Assembly: GCF_001194135.2 (NCBI RefSeq)
Contig: NC_068992.1
Coordinates: forward strand, 46,681,206-46,745,205
Direction: 5' to 3'
Length of the DNA: 64,000 nucleotides
Source of the DNA: Octopus bimaculoides
Taxonomy: Eukaryota
A program made the position numbers and the translations under genes. The notes beneath the pieces are model-generated. The model had not been told where the DNA came from, did no database searches, and was given only the letters and a program-made list of their open reading frames with translations. Positions 29,178 through 40,982 of the stretch are shown here, piece by piece (position 1 is the first letter of the stretch; every line of letters starts with the position of its first letter).

Positions 29178-29700
29178 CAAATGAGTGGATCAGATGTTTC
29201 CCAGGTGGCCAAAAAGATGTCGATATTGACGAAAGTTCTGTGAAACCCGCAACCAGCAGAACTGAGGAAAATATCGTAGATATGCGTGAACTTGTGAGGA
29301 GAAATTGTCGAATCACCATCCGTGAAATATCAGATGATGTGCAGATTAGTTACGGTTGCGTTCAATCCATTATCACCGAGATTTGAATATGAGGCGCGTG
29401 TCAGCATAGTTTGTACCAAAACTACTTTCAGCTGACCAAAAAGACTCTCGGATTTCAGTTGCTGAAGGTCACCGTGATTGTGTAGATACCAATGAAAACT
29501 TTTTTGGTGACTTTGTGTAGGCCTCTGAGCATGTATCACCAAGCTTTTGGCAAAGTTTGATGCAGATTCTTTGCTCAACTTTCTCTGTCATGACCACTGG
29601 TATGATTACCTTTCTTACAAGCACGACTGTAAACAAATTAAATGAGCTAGAACGTTAAAATTCAATGCGGATACACTGCAGAGTTTAAGGTCAAGCTGAT
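29178..29700 (+). mobile_element. Mariner (Tc1/mariner superfamily) non-autonomous derivative, copy 1: forward transposase N-terminal/linker fragment fused to an inverted copy of the element's 5' end
   Basis: The forward part is colinear with 36295-36630 (..gatattgacgaa..gtcgaatcaccatccgtgaa..gatgatgtgcagattagttacgg..tttgtaccaaaactactttcagctgaccaaaaagac). The minus strand from ATG 29591 reads MTEKVEQRICIKLCQKLGDTCSEAYTK, a mariner transposase N-terminus, and the 5' UTR segment tgagctagaacgttaaaa lies on its distal side (higher coordinates). Confidence 0.88.
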
Positions 29701-30485
29701 GTATTCTTTCAACAGTAATGTGCATTGAAATGGATAGAAACAATGCAGTTATTTGTAAGAGAACTGAAATGAATGCATGAAAGATTTCACAACTGTGGCA
29801 TCTCTCCTTCATAGTCAGTCTATGCAATTGTCAGTCCAGCTTCGTACAGTGAGCAAAATAATATGAAAGTTGCATTTTACGCAATTTCACCCATAACATA
29901 AAAAATGACAAGTACACGACACCATCGTCGGCTCACTGTGCACTTAGAATGAGCATTTACAAAACACTACTCCAAATGCTATTGAACGAAGCTAGATAGG
30001 AATGCAAACACTGAAAATACATCTATACATTATTGAATAATCTACAGAAAAACAAATACTTGTGATGGAATCAAAACTGATACCGCAGCGCAAGGCTACA
30101 GCACACTCAAATATGCACTCAAGCACATACAGTCAAAATTGGAATTCTGAGAAGTACAATGCAAACAATATAATAATAAAGGTTTAATGTGAAAACATGT
30201 ATAAATATAAGATACACATCAAACATGTAAGGCAGCACAAAAACAACTCGATGTGTAGAAGGTAAAGCTGAGTAAAACGAGAAGGTTGATAATGAAAATG
30301 TAATGATGAATTCGGGCGATTAAGTGTTCCAAAGCGAAATATAAGGGGCAGATATATAGGCAAAAGAAAGCGTTAACAGAAAAAAAAAAATAGAACAATG
30401 ACATCGCCATGTTTTCAATATAACATAGTTAAAAGAAAAGATTTACTTCGTGTACAAAAAATACTAACACATATATGCATGTATG

Positions 30486-30532
<47 letters not shown>

Positions 30533-31494
30533 CTGTGAGTATTTATATATATATACATATATGTATGTATATATGTATATGCATATATGTAAGTATATAT
30601 ATATATATATATATANNNNNNNNNNNNNNNNNNNNNNNNNNNNNNNNNNNNNNNNNNNNNNNNNNNNNNNNNNNNNNNNNNNNNNNNNNNNNNNNNNNNN
30701 NNNNNNNNNNNNNNNNNNNNNNNNNNNNNNNNNNNNNNNNNNNNNNNNNNNNNNNNNNNNNNNNNNNNNNNNNNNNNNNNNNNNNNNNNNNNNNNNNNNN
30801 NNNNNNNNNNNNNNNNNNNNNNNNNNNNNNNNNNNNNNNNNNNNNNNNNNNNNNNNNNNNNNNNNNNNNNNNNNNNNNNNNNNNNNNNNNNNNNNNNNNN
30901 NNNNNNNNNNNNNNNNNNNNNNNNNNNNNNNNNNNNNNNNNNNNNNNNNNNNNNNNNNNNNNNNNNNNNNNNNNNNNNNNNNNNNNNNNNNNNNNNNNNN
31001 NNNNNNNNNNNNNNNNNNNNNNNNNNNNNNNNNNNNNNNNNNNNNNNNNNNNNNNNNNNNNNNNNNNNNNNNNNNNNNNNNNNNNNNNNNNNNNNNNNNN
31101 NNNNNNNNNNNNNNNNNNNNNNNNNNNNNNNNNNNNNNNNNNNNNNNNNNNNNNNNNNNNNNNNNNNNNNNNNNNNNNNNNNNNNNNNNNNNNNNNNNNN
31201 NNNNNNNNNNNNNNNNNNNNNNNNNNNNNNNNNNNNNNNNNNNNNNNNNNNNNNNNNNNNNNNNNNNNNNNNNNNNNNNNNNNNNNNNNNNNNNNNNNNN
31301 NNNNNNNNNNNNNNNNNNNNNNNNNNNNNNNNNNNNNNNNNNNNNNNNNNNNNNNNNNNNNNNNNNNNNNNNNNNNNNNNNNNNNNNNNNNNNNNNNNNN
31401 NNNNNNNNNNNNNNNNNNNNNNNNNNNNNNNNNNNNNNNNNNNNNNNNNNNNNNNNNNNNNNNNNNNNNNNNNNNNNNNNNNNNNNNNNNNNGT

Positions 31495-31900
31495 GGTTGT
31501 CTACTTCTTAAACAGAGTTTGACCACCTCCTGCACCTACACCTTAGCCCTTTCATGGCGTCTGATGTGGTTTTTTAAACCAGACAGTGTTTTGGAAAAAA
31601 CACCCACACAGATTGCACCTCTGATTTGCACTACCAATACCTGCAAGTAAGTTCTGCTCATTGTGGATCCTAACACGTCTTTTGAGACCCCCATTGGATT
31701 TGCAAACCCTCTGGCACACGCCACATTCAAACGTGTGTACAGACATATAATCTATATACATTGAGGCTCCGTTTAAGTTTTCGTAACTTTTTGGATTTAT
31801 TTCTGGTGCATGGTCTACGCACACATATTCATGTCTACTATGGCTGTAGTCGTGTATTCACTCATCAAATACCCATAGTACTCAATTGTCCAACCAGGGT
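31495..31900 (-). mobile_element. Decayed tandem C2H2 zinc-finger coding fragment, most likely the 3' end of an RTE-like LINE ORF2 (alternatively a ZNF pseudogene piece)
   Basis: Minus strand: FECGVCQRVCKSNGGLKRRVRIH (first His codon CAT>CGT) at 31663-31731, then CNLCGC-[frameshift in a T run]-KTLSGLKNHIRRHERAKV* ending at 31536. No TGEKPF linker between the fingers. A short 3' segment follows and runs into a gap. Confidence 0.6.
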
Positions 31901-32017
31901 ATCACTTTGTCCTCGCTGGTAACATCATAACAACTGCAGATTGTCGTGTCAAACAGATAGCACAAACAACATCATAGTTGAAAATTCTTTTTGCGTTTTC
32001 ATGAGAAAAACCTCCAC

Positions 32018-32049
<32 letters not shown>

Positions 32050-32859
32050 TANNNNNNNNNNNNNNNNNNNNNNNNNNNNNNNNNNNNNNNNNNNNNNNNN
32101 NNNNNNNNNNNNNNNNNNNNNNNNNNNNNNNNNNNNNNNNNNNNNNNNNNNNNNNNNNNNNNNNNNNNNNNNNNNNNNNNNNNNNNNNNNNNNNNNNNNN
32201 NNNNNNNNNNNNNNNNNNNNNNNNNNNNNNNNNNNNNNNNNNNNNNNNNNNNNNNNNNNNNNNNNNNNNNNNNNNNNNNNNNNNNNNNNNNNNNNNNNNN
32301 NNNNNNNNNNNNNNNNNNNNNNNNNNNNNNNNNNNNNNNNNNNNNNNNNNNNNNNNNNNNNNNNNNNNNNNNNNNNNNNNNNNNNNNNNNNNNNNNNNNN
32401 NNNNNNNNNNNNNNNNNNNNNNNNNNNNNNNNNNNNNNNNNNNNNNNNNNNNNNNNNNNNNNNNNNNNNNNNNNNNNNNNNNNNNNNNNNNNNNNNNNNN
32501 NNNNNNNNNNNNNNNNNNNNNNNNNNNNNNNNNNNNNNNNNNNNNNNNNNNNNNNNNNNNNNNNNNNNNNNNNNNNNNNNNNNNNNNNNNNNNNNNNNNN
32601 NNNNNNNNNNNNNNNNNNNNNNNNNNNNNNNNNNNNNNNNNNNNNNNNNNNNNNNNNNNNNNNNNNNNNNNNNNNNNNNNNNNNNNNNNNNNNNNNNNNN
32701 NNNNNNNNNNNNNNNNNNNNNNNNNNNNNNNNNNNNNNNNNNNNNNNNNNNNNNNNNNNNNNNNNNNNNNNNNNNNNNNNNNNNNNNNNNNNNNNNNNNN
32801 NNNNNNNNNNNNNNNNNNNNNNNNNNNNNNNNNNNNNNNNGAAGATAGATAGGAATGCA

Positions 32860-32865
<6 letters not shown>

Positions 32866-32922
<57 letters not shown>

Positions 32923-33190
32923 TGTATCTTACTTTAACGTCAAATTCTAGCTGTGGCGGTGGTGGTGTTGGTGGTGATGATGATACGGAGAACGAAGAGA
33001 TTGGTGATGGTAGTGGTGATAATAATGCGTGTCGATAATGATGATGCTAAAAGCAGTGGTGGCGGTGGTGGTGATGTTAGTGACGACGAGCAAGATGATG
33101 ATGATGATGATGAAGATGATGATGATCATCATCATGATCATCATCACCATCATGATCATCATCATCATCACCATCATGATCATCATCATT
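32866..33190. repeat. (AAT)n followed by (GGT/GAT)n and (CAT/CAC)n triplet arrays
   Basis: Direct reading. Produces the Asp/His/Met/Ile-rich ORFs. Confidence 0.93.
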
Positions 33191-33493
33191 AATACGACGA
33201 AGAGGGGGATAAATATGATGACGTTGTAGCAAATAATTAACATATTGATGAAAGCAATTTCCAGGCTTGCCTGTGTCACACAGAATCTGCTGAGGAGGAT
33301 TTTCGACGGCCAGCTGTCCTTCCGTTGTCTATCCTCGCTTGATTCAGAGTAAAGAAATATTCCTCCATGGCAAGAAATGTTTCCACTGAATATTGGAGAC
33401 CAAGTTCATGGCTCGCATAATGGCGACACTTGTTTACAACTATCATGCAACGTTAAGGTAGATATATAGTAACGCACAAACATTCACGCATAC

Positions 33494-33539
<46 letters not shown>

Positions 33540-33548
33540 CTTTGAAGT

Positions 33549-33755
33549 TTTATTCTTTTGCATGTTTCAGTCATTTGGCAGCGGACATACTGGAGCACAA
33601 CCTTGAAAGGTTTTAGTCGAACAAATCGACCCCAGGATTTGGTTTTTAAGCTTAGTACTTATTCGGTCATTAAATTTTCACTAACCACTAAGTTACGGGG
33701 ACGTAAGCATACGAACGTCAGTTGTCAAGTGCTGAGACGGGGAACAGGAACGCAG
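33549..33755 (-). mobile_element. SINE family A, 3' half
   Basis: tttattcttttgcatgtttcagtcatttg...ctggagcac...tagtcgaacaaatcgacccc...ctaagttacggggacgtaa...cagttgtcaag = reverse complement of the family A 3' half. Confidence 0.88.
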
Positions 33756-34527
33756 AGAGACACACACACATGGATACATACATATATACATAGATAAGCA
33801 TACATACAAACACATATGTGTTTGTATGTATACACGCATACAAATATATATATATANNNNNNNNNNNNNNNNNNNNNNNNNNNNNNNNNNNNNNNNNNNN
33901 NNNNNNNNNNNNNNNNNNNNNNNNNNNNNNNNNNNNNNNNNNNNNNNNNNNNNNNNAAAAAAAAAAAAAAAATTAAAAATAAAATAAAATAAAAATAAAA
34001 ATAAGAAATCGGGAAGGAGAATGTGAAAATTAAAATATTTAGAACGTGCATTTTGGGCAAAATCCTAATCTCCTACATTGTAAATGTAGGTTTCAGAATA
34101 AATTTAGGAAATAAATCGGGGTGGGGGACACAATTGTCACCTCGTGCATTCTAGAAACTACAGAGAGAGGACAGGATTTCTGGGAGAACTTCCTTTTAAA
34201 TGTATATCGAAGATCAGGTTTTTAAATACACTCATCACAGACAGGAGTTACAGAATAGAAAAAGTTGATTTCAATTGGATTTGAGCTGTAATTTTGCGCA
34301 TCCTCTCGGATGTACACAACAACTCTACTGTGGCTCATTTCCTTTCTTTCTGAGCGTTTTGTGGTACGTGTATTTCTGCATTCCTTATATGATGTCTAAT
34401 ATGCATTTCCACAAGTGCTATGCATAGAACTTGATTGCATGCAGCAAGTTCTCCGGGAACGAGGATTTTGTTTTACAGTTGACGTGCAACAGCCTCCCGA
34501 TATTTAGAAGAAATATTATATGTATAT

Positions 34528-34831
34528 AGGTGCAGGTGTGGCTGTGTGGTAAGAAACTTGCTTACCAACCACATGATTCCGGCTTCAGTTCCACTGCGTA
34601 GCACCTTGGGCTGGTGTCTTCTACTATAGCCTCGGGCCAACCAAAGCCACGTGAGTGGATTTGGTAGACGGAAACTAAAAGAAGCCCGTCGTATGAATCT
34701 ATGTGTGTATGTGTGTGTGTGTATGTTTGTGTGTCTGTGTTCCCCCCACCGTCGCTTGACAACCGATGTTGGTGTGTTTACATGCCTGTAACTTAGCAGT
34801 TCGGCAAAAAATACTGAAACAAATAAAAGAA
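34528..34831 (+). mobile_element. SINE family A (well preserved head and body)
   Basis: ggtgtggctgtgtggtaagaaacttgcttaccaaccacatgattccggcttcagttccactgcgtagcaccttggg...gtgagtggatttggtagacggaaactaaaagaagcccgtcgta...cgcttgacaaccgatgttggtgtgtttac...cttagcagttcggcaaaa. Confidence 0.93.
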
Positions 34832-35950
34832 TACACATATGTATCTATAGTGTGGTTACTTTGATGGACTAATTCCTTCAAGTTTGTGCCCAAGCCAAAG
34901 GCAGTCCAAGGGGTTGTAGAGTATCATGAGATAGAAGAAAAGAAGAGACGTAAATGTGACGTTTTGAAAGAGAAAACGTTAAATTCTACAGATTCCAGCA
35001 TTTGACTGAAAATTTATTTAATCGATCGCAAAAGGACGAAATAGAAAATTGAACATGCCAGGATTTGAAATTAGGTTTTAAAGACCAATAGATATATGTC
35101 GCAGCGCTCTTGCTCTGTCGGTCTAACGATTCGAACAAGTTACCGCCCTTACGACTTCTTATATAACTGTAGTTTATCTTTTTGGATATGGTGTAAGAAC
35201 AAAGAGAAATAGTTTTTTTTTCTTTTTCTGTGAAACATAGCTCCCAGTGGAATTTGTACCGAATCTCCCCATTAGTATGCTTGTCCACCATTTAGTTTCT
35301 TTGCGATGTCACAGATGTGGAGACGACTGTATCTTTCATGAGATGAGAAAATAGACAAAGACAGATGATGAAAATCTCCTTTTCTCAGTCTCCTTCTCTC
35401 TATTTTTTTCTCTCAATGTCTTATATATNNNNNNNNNNNNNNNNNNNNNNNNNNNNNNNNNNNNNNNNNNNNNNNNNNNNNNNNNNNNNNNNNNNNNNNN
35501 NNNNNNNNNNNNNNNNNNNNNNNNNNNNNNNNNNNNNNNNNNNNNNNNNNNNNNNNNNNNNNNNNNNNNNNNNNNNNNNNNNNNNNNNNNNNNNNNNNNN
35601 NNNNNNNNNNNNNNNNNNNNNNNNNNNNNNNNNNNNNNNNNNNNNNNNNNNNNNNNNNNNNNNNNNNNNNNNNNNNNNNNNNNNNNNNNNNNNNNNNNNN
35701 NNNNNNNNNNNNNNNNNNNNNNNNNNNNNNNNNNNNNNNNNNNNNNNNNNNNNNNNNNNNNNNNNNNNNNNNNNNNNNNNNNNNNNNNNNNNNNNNNNNN
35801 NNNNNNNNNNNNNNNNNNNNNNNNNNNNNNNNNNNNNNNNNNNNNNNNNNNNNNNNNNNNNNNNNNNNNNNNNNNNNNNNNNNNNNNNNNNNNNNNNNNN
35901 NNNNNNNNNNNNNNNNNNNNNNNNNNNNNNNNNNNNNNNNNNNNNNNNNN

Positions 35951-36009
<59 letters not shown>

Positions 36010-36024
36010 CACATACGCACATAT

Positions 36025-36852
36025 ACACGAGGTCTCATCAACAAATACCCGGACTGTTGCCATAGTAATGAAGCTAAAGCACGCGGAGTGAAGCCGCTTG
36101 GTACAGATTGATCTTGAACACTTTTGTCCATGCACACTGCGTTTTAACATTCTAGCTCACATCCTCTGTTTACATCAGTGGTTGGAAGGCTGGTGTATAG
36201 CGTGTGATCGTCGCATTGTCCATGACAGAAAATGTTGTCACGGTGATAACTGCTCAGAAGCCTACACAAAGTTGCAGACATTGTATGGAGAGGAGTGTAC
36301 GAATGGTTCAGACGTTTCCAAGATGGCCGAAAAAATGTCGATATTGACGAACGTTCTGGGAGACATGCAACCAGTAGAACTAAGAAAAACTTCGTAGATG
36401 TGCGTGCAGCTGTGATGGGAGGTCGTCGAATCACCACACGTGAGTTATCAAATGATGTGCAAATTAGTTACGGTTCAGTTCAGTCTATTATCACTGATTA
36501 TTTGGGTATGAAACGGGTATCTGCCAAGTTTGTTCCAAAACTGCTTTCAACTGACCAAAAAGACACTCGGATTTGAGTTGCACAAGATCTCCTTGACTGT
36601 GTCTAGAACAATGAAGACTCTTTGAAAACCTTGCGTTGGCCTCTGAGCATGTATCACCATGCTTTTCGCAAACTTTGATACCGATTCTCTGCTTAACTGT
36701 CTTTGTCATTTTCAATGCAACATTCACACGTTACACACCTTCATTGCAAGCACTGCTGGAAACAGCAAAGGTGAGCTAGAACATTAAAACGTATTGCGCA
36801 CAAGCGGCTTTACTCCGCGTTCTTTAGCTTCGTTACTATGGCAAGAGTCCGC
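36025..36852 (+). mobile_element. Mariner non-autonomous fold-back derivative, copy 2 (long inverted arms, transposase N-terminal HTH region only, no DD34D core)
   Basis: Begins after TA at cacgaggtctc. Left arm ggactgttgccatagtaatgaagctaaagcacgcggagtgaagccgcttg matches the reverse complement of 36799-36850. Forward frames give HGDNCSEAYTKLQTLYGEEC and YEWFRRFQDG..DERSGR..RRITTRELSNDVQISYGSVQSIITDYLGMKRVSAKFVPKLLSTDQKDTRI (mariner HTH plus WVPHEL-like linker FVPKLL). The minus strand from ATG 36709 gives MTKTVKQRIGIKVCEKHGDTCSEA. Confidence 0.93.
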
Positions 36853-37694
36853 ATAATTATAAGTATATATACATTGGTCTCTATGGTTATATAGCAGACA
36901 AACCGTAATGAGTGTCTCCGTTAAGCAGAGTATTATATTATCTTTCCAAGGACACGATTAACAGCGACTTCGAAGTTTCAGCTAGCGTGTCTCCACCAGA
37001 CTTCAACCTTGGCCGCAACATATACAATCCCACACACACACACACGTACATATATGAATGCATTTACATACACTCTTTCACACACACGTACATATACAAA
37101 CGAACACACACACATACATACATACATACATACACACATGTACTTATACCCAGTTATATTTAAAAGTAATTTTGTATTAAAGTGAAACAAAGTCTTGCAA
37201 GGAGTAGGTTAATAATAAATTCGAGGTTTGGGCCTACTTGCATTCGACAGCCTATTTATATTATACACACCCACACGTAATTACATATATATTTCCAGCT
37301 ATTCTTTATTGTACTACAAAATTTCTATCTAATTCGTTTTCCCCGTATATGATTGTTCAATTGTCATCATGTTAGAATGAAAGTTATGGATAATAATTCT
37401 ACTATCATTTTCTTCGGGATAAGTCGCTGGGTTATCATTAGTAATTTTCTCCGACATTAGAAATTGACTGAACACTCTAGATCCCAAATGTCACACAGCC
37501 CTCAAACGGTCTGACAGTTAAGTAATGTAATTATTTCAGGTTGTGTCTTTTATTACAGCTAGGTTATATGTGCCGGTTATATATATATATATATATATAT
37601 ATACATACACATTTGCTCATATACATATATACTGATACACACGCGCAGAGACACGTACACATATACAAGGACAAACAGACAGAAAGACAGACAC

Positions 37695-37733
<39 letters not shown>

Positions 37734-38236
37734 TTATCTACAAATATATGTTTACTGCACATATATATTCCAAGGTATGTTTGTATACATATAAGTGCTT
37801 AAGTGTGTGTGTGTGTCTACGAAAGATGTCATAGCTTCGTTTATGTATTTAACACAAGATAACAAAACAAATGTTAATAAAATGAATAAATAACTATTCT
37901 CTTGTTTTATATGTTCAATTCTTATGCATTCTCTTTACCAATGAAATTGCACAATTTTCAGAACTTCGGTAGAGTTACATTCTAGCTTTAACCACTGTTT
38001 TTTCTCAATAGCCACGCACCAAGTATAGAGCTTACAATCGGATCTACTTCTTTGAATCTTTATGAATGGCTGCATGCATACATACATACATACATACGTG
38101 TGTGTGTGTGTGTGTGTGTGCGTATATATATATATATTATTTTATTTAAAAGAGTTCCAACTGTTTTTTTGTGTATATTCTTGTAAAATTTATGTGGGAT
38201 ATAGAATATGGAATATATAATATAAAAAAAAGATGG

Positions 38237-38552
38237 ATGGTACAATGAAATGAAGTATTGAATATATTATTGAATATATGGAATATGTCTTATTGAATAT
38301 ATGAAATATTGAGTGTTCAATATAAAGGATTAACTATATAAATATATAAAGGCGAATACGTATTTTCTATACCTTGTGGTATTTCCTCATAGCCGGTATG
38401 ACAGACTGTCACAGTCTTTCATACCGGCCATGATGAAATACCACAAGGTATAGAAAATACGTATTCGCCTTTATATATTTAATCCTTTATATTGACCACT
38501 CAATATTTCATATATTCAATAAGACATTCAATATTTCATTTCATTGTACCAT
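38237..38552. repeat. Long near-perfect palindrome (fold-back/MITE-like), centre at 38410
   Basis: Left arm 38237-38409 pairs with right arm 38411-38552 around a single unpaired C. The inner ~70 bp has 3 mismatches, and the left arm carries two short AT-rich insertions. The right arm runs into an N-gap. Confidence 0.95.
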
Positions 38553-39304
38553 NNNNNNNNNNNNNNNNNNNNNNNNNNNNNNNNNNNNNNNNNNNNNNNN
38601 NNNNNNNNNNNNNNNNNNNNNNNNNNNNNNNNNNNNNNNNNNNNNNNNNNNNNNNNNNNNNNNNNNNNNNNNNNNNNNNNNNNNNNNNNNNNNNNNNNNN
38701 NNNNNNNNNNNNNNNNNNNNNNNNNNNNNNNNNNNNNNNNNNNNNNNNNNNNNNNNNNNNNNNNNNNNNNNNNNNNNNNNNNNNNNNNNNNNNNNNNNNN
38801 NNNNNNNNNNNNNNNNNNNNNNNNNNNNNNNNNNNNNNNNNNNNNNNNNNNNNNNNNNNNNNNNNNNNNNNNNNNNNNNNNNNNNNNNNNNNNNNNNNNN
38901 NNNNNNNNNNNNNNNNNNNNNNNNNNNNNNNNNNNNNNNNNNNNNNNNNNNNNNNNNNNNNNNNNNNNNNNNNNNNNNNNNNNNNNNNNNNNNNNNNNNN
39001 NNNNNNNNNNNNNNNNNNNNNNNNNNNNNNNNNNNNNNNNNNNNNNNNNNNNNNNNNNNNNNNNNNNNNNNNNNNNNNNNNNNNNNNNNNNNNNNNNNNN
39101 NNNNNNNNNNNNNNNNNNNNNNNNNNNNNNNNNNNNNNNNNNNNNNNNNNNNNNNNNNNNNNNNNNNNNNNNNNNNNNNNNNNNNNNNNNNNNNNNNNNC
39201 AGTTTGTCCTCGTAACATTAGTGATTTGCCAAAAGAGATAGATGAAACAAGTAACAAATTTAACAACAAATCAAGGACTGTGGACGATGTTTTCGGTTTA
39301 AACT

Positions 39305-39375
39305 TTTACAAGGAGGAGCCTCGGCATGGCCACAAGCCAATGACTAAAACAAGTAAAGGATAAAAGATAAAAGAC
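39305..39375 (+). mobile_element. SINE family A-type 3' tail fragment
   Basis: aaggaggagcctcggcatggccacaagccaatgactaaaacaagtaaaggataaaagataaaaga resembles the family A terminus. Confidence 0.6.
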
Positions 39376-39940
39376 ATTCAGAATTACTTTATTCTCCAAG
39401 CTAGATCACTCACTAAGTTACCCACACCATTCACCGTATACCCGATACGTCATTTATCTGACGCATTTCATCTAAGTAAAATGTTTTTTGCTAGTCACGA
39501 CTTGTAAATTAAGCGCGCTGCACTTAGCTAAATGTACCAAATGCATTTCTATGTTGCTTGAATTTTTGTTTGAATCCCTTATTGAACAACTCTTTTGATC
39601 ATTTCATTCCCCCAGAAATATATCTGTTTGTAATTACCTTACCGCTTTCACAGGAACCATTCTATATAAATATTCCAGCTCAACATCGACGTATCGACTT
39701 ACCAAGTTAACTTGGGATTGTAGAATTTATATCAAAGTGATTTATTTCTAAGACTCATAATAATAATAATAACAAAAAGAACGCTTTTTTGTTAGATTTA
39801 AATGCTTGGTGCCATATCTTGGTCAACATATTTTTCTAAGTATTCCTGGTGTAGAAAATGGAATTGGAGAGATCTTAGTGAATTTTCAAGATTTTGTCAA
39901 TAAATAATTAACACACACACACATACATACACACACACAT

Positions 39941-40107
39941 GCAGGCGTGGCTATGTAATAAGAAGTTTGCTTCCTAACCACAAGGTTCCAGGTTCAGTAC
40001 CACTACGTAGCACCTAAGGCTAGTGTCTTCTACTATGGCTTCGGACTCACCAAAGTCTTGTGAGTGGATCGGGAAGATAGAAACTGAAAGAAGCCCGTCG
40101 TATATAT

Positions 40108-40142
<35 letters not shown>

Positions 40143-40343
40143 TATTTGTCCGTCATCACTGCTTGACAACCAGTGTTGGTGTGTTTACGTCCTCGTAACG
40201 TAGTATCTTGGTAAGAGAGGCCGTGAAAATGTGTACCAGGATTATAAAATATAATGCTTGGGGTCGATTCCTTCCACTAAAAGTCTTCAAAGCGGTGCCC
40301 TCGCAAGGTTGCAGTGTAATGACTGTAACAATTAAAAGCTGTA
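39941..40343 (+). mobile_element. SINE family A, full-length
   Basis: Head gcaggcgtggctatgtaataagaagtttgcttcctaaccacaaggttccaggttcagtacc; linker aaactgaaagaagcccgtcgtata; (GT)n; 3' half cttgacaaccagtgttggtgtgtttacgtcc...ggggtcgattcc...aaagcggtgccc...gactgtaacaattaaaag. Confidence 0.9.
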
Positions 40344-40982
40344 ATGCTAAAAATTATTAGTATTTCATGATATTTATTAGAAATATGAAATGTAGATTAT
40401 TTTTTTTTACCTCTCCTCCTATTAGAAGTGAAAGCGTTTATCTTAGATTTATATTTTACAACATTCAAAATATAAAGTAGGTCAAAGGAGTGTATCCTTC
40501 TATTCAAGCATTTATCAAAGAGGTCTTAACGGATGTTGATTTCCTTTCGAGAATTAACAGAAAATATTTCCATCAATAATTTAAAGATTATATTTTGTGT
40601 GCTTTCGACATAATTATGTCTATATTTAGTGTTTATTATTCATGGAAGTTCTGAATTTCATTTCAATCTGTATGATATTCTTTCAGTATTGTCTGTTAAG
40701 AAATTGATCTCATTGATTACTTCAATTTTATGTTCTGTCATACCCCGACAGATCTAGTCACGAAAAGACAACAAATGTTTTTCGTTTTTATAATAATTTA
40801 TTTTCTTGTTACGATCTAGAGTTCACGACATTCTCTTTTCTTCTTTTGAAAATTCTCTTGCTTCTACCATTTAACTTAGTTCAACGATTCATCAATGAAA
40901 AACAAGCATTTAAGAGTTTACTAAACAAGAATTCGATTAGTTCACGATTGACACGTAAAATAATAATAATAATAGTTTTTTT

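Noticed and set aside
29843-29940. Tiny Tc1-like element (TA-CAGTGAGC ... GCTCACTG)
   Set aside because: Only 8-9 bp of terminal match and no right-hand TA duplication.
32953-33229. Asp/His-rich and Met/Ile-rich ORFs resembling metal-binding or biomineral proteins
   Set aside because: Entirely explained by GAT/CAT triplet repeats. No signal peptide context or splice support.
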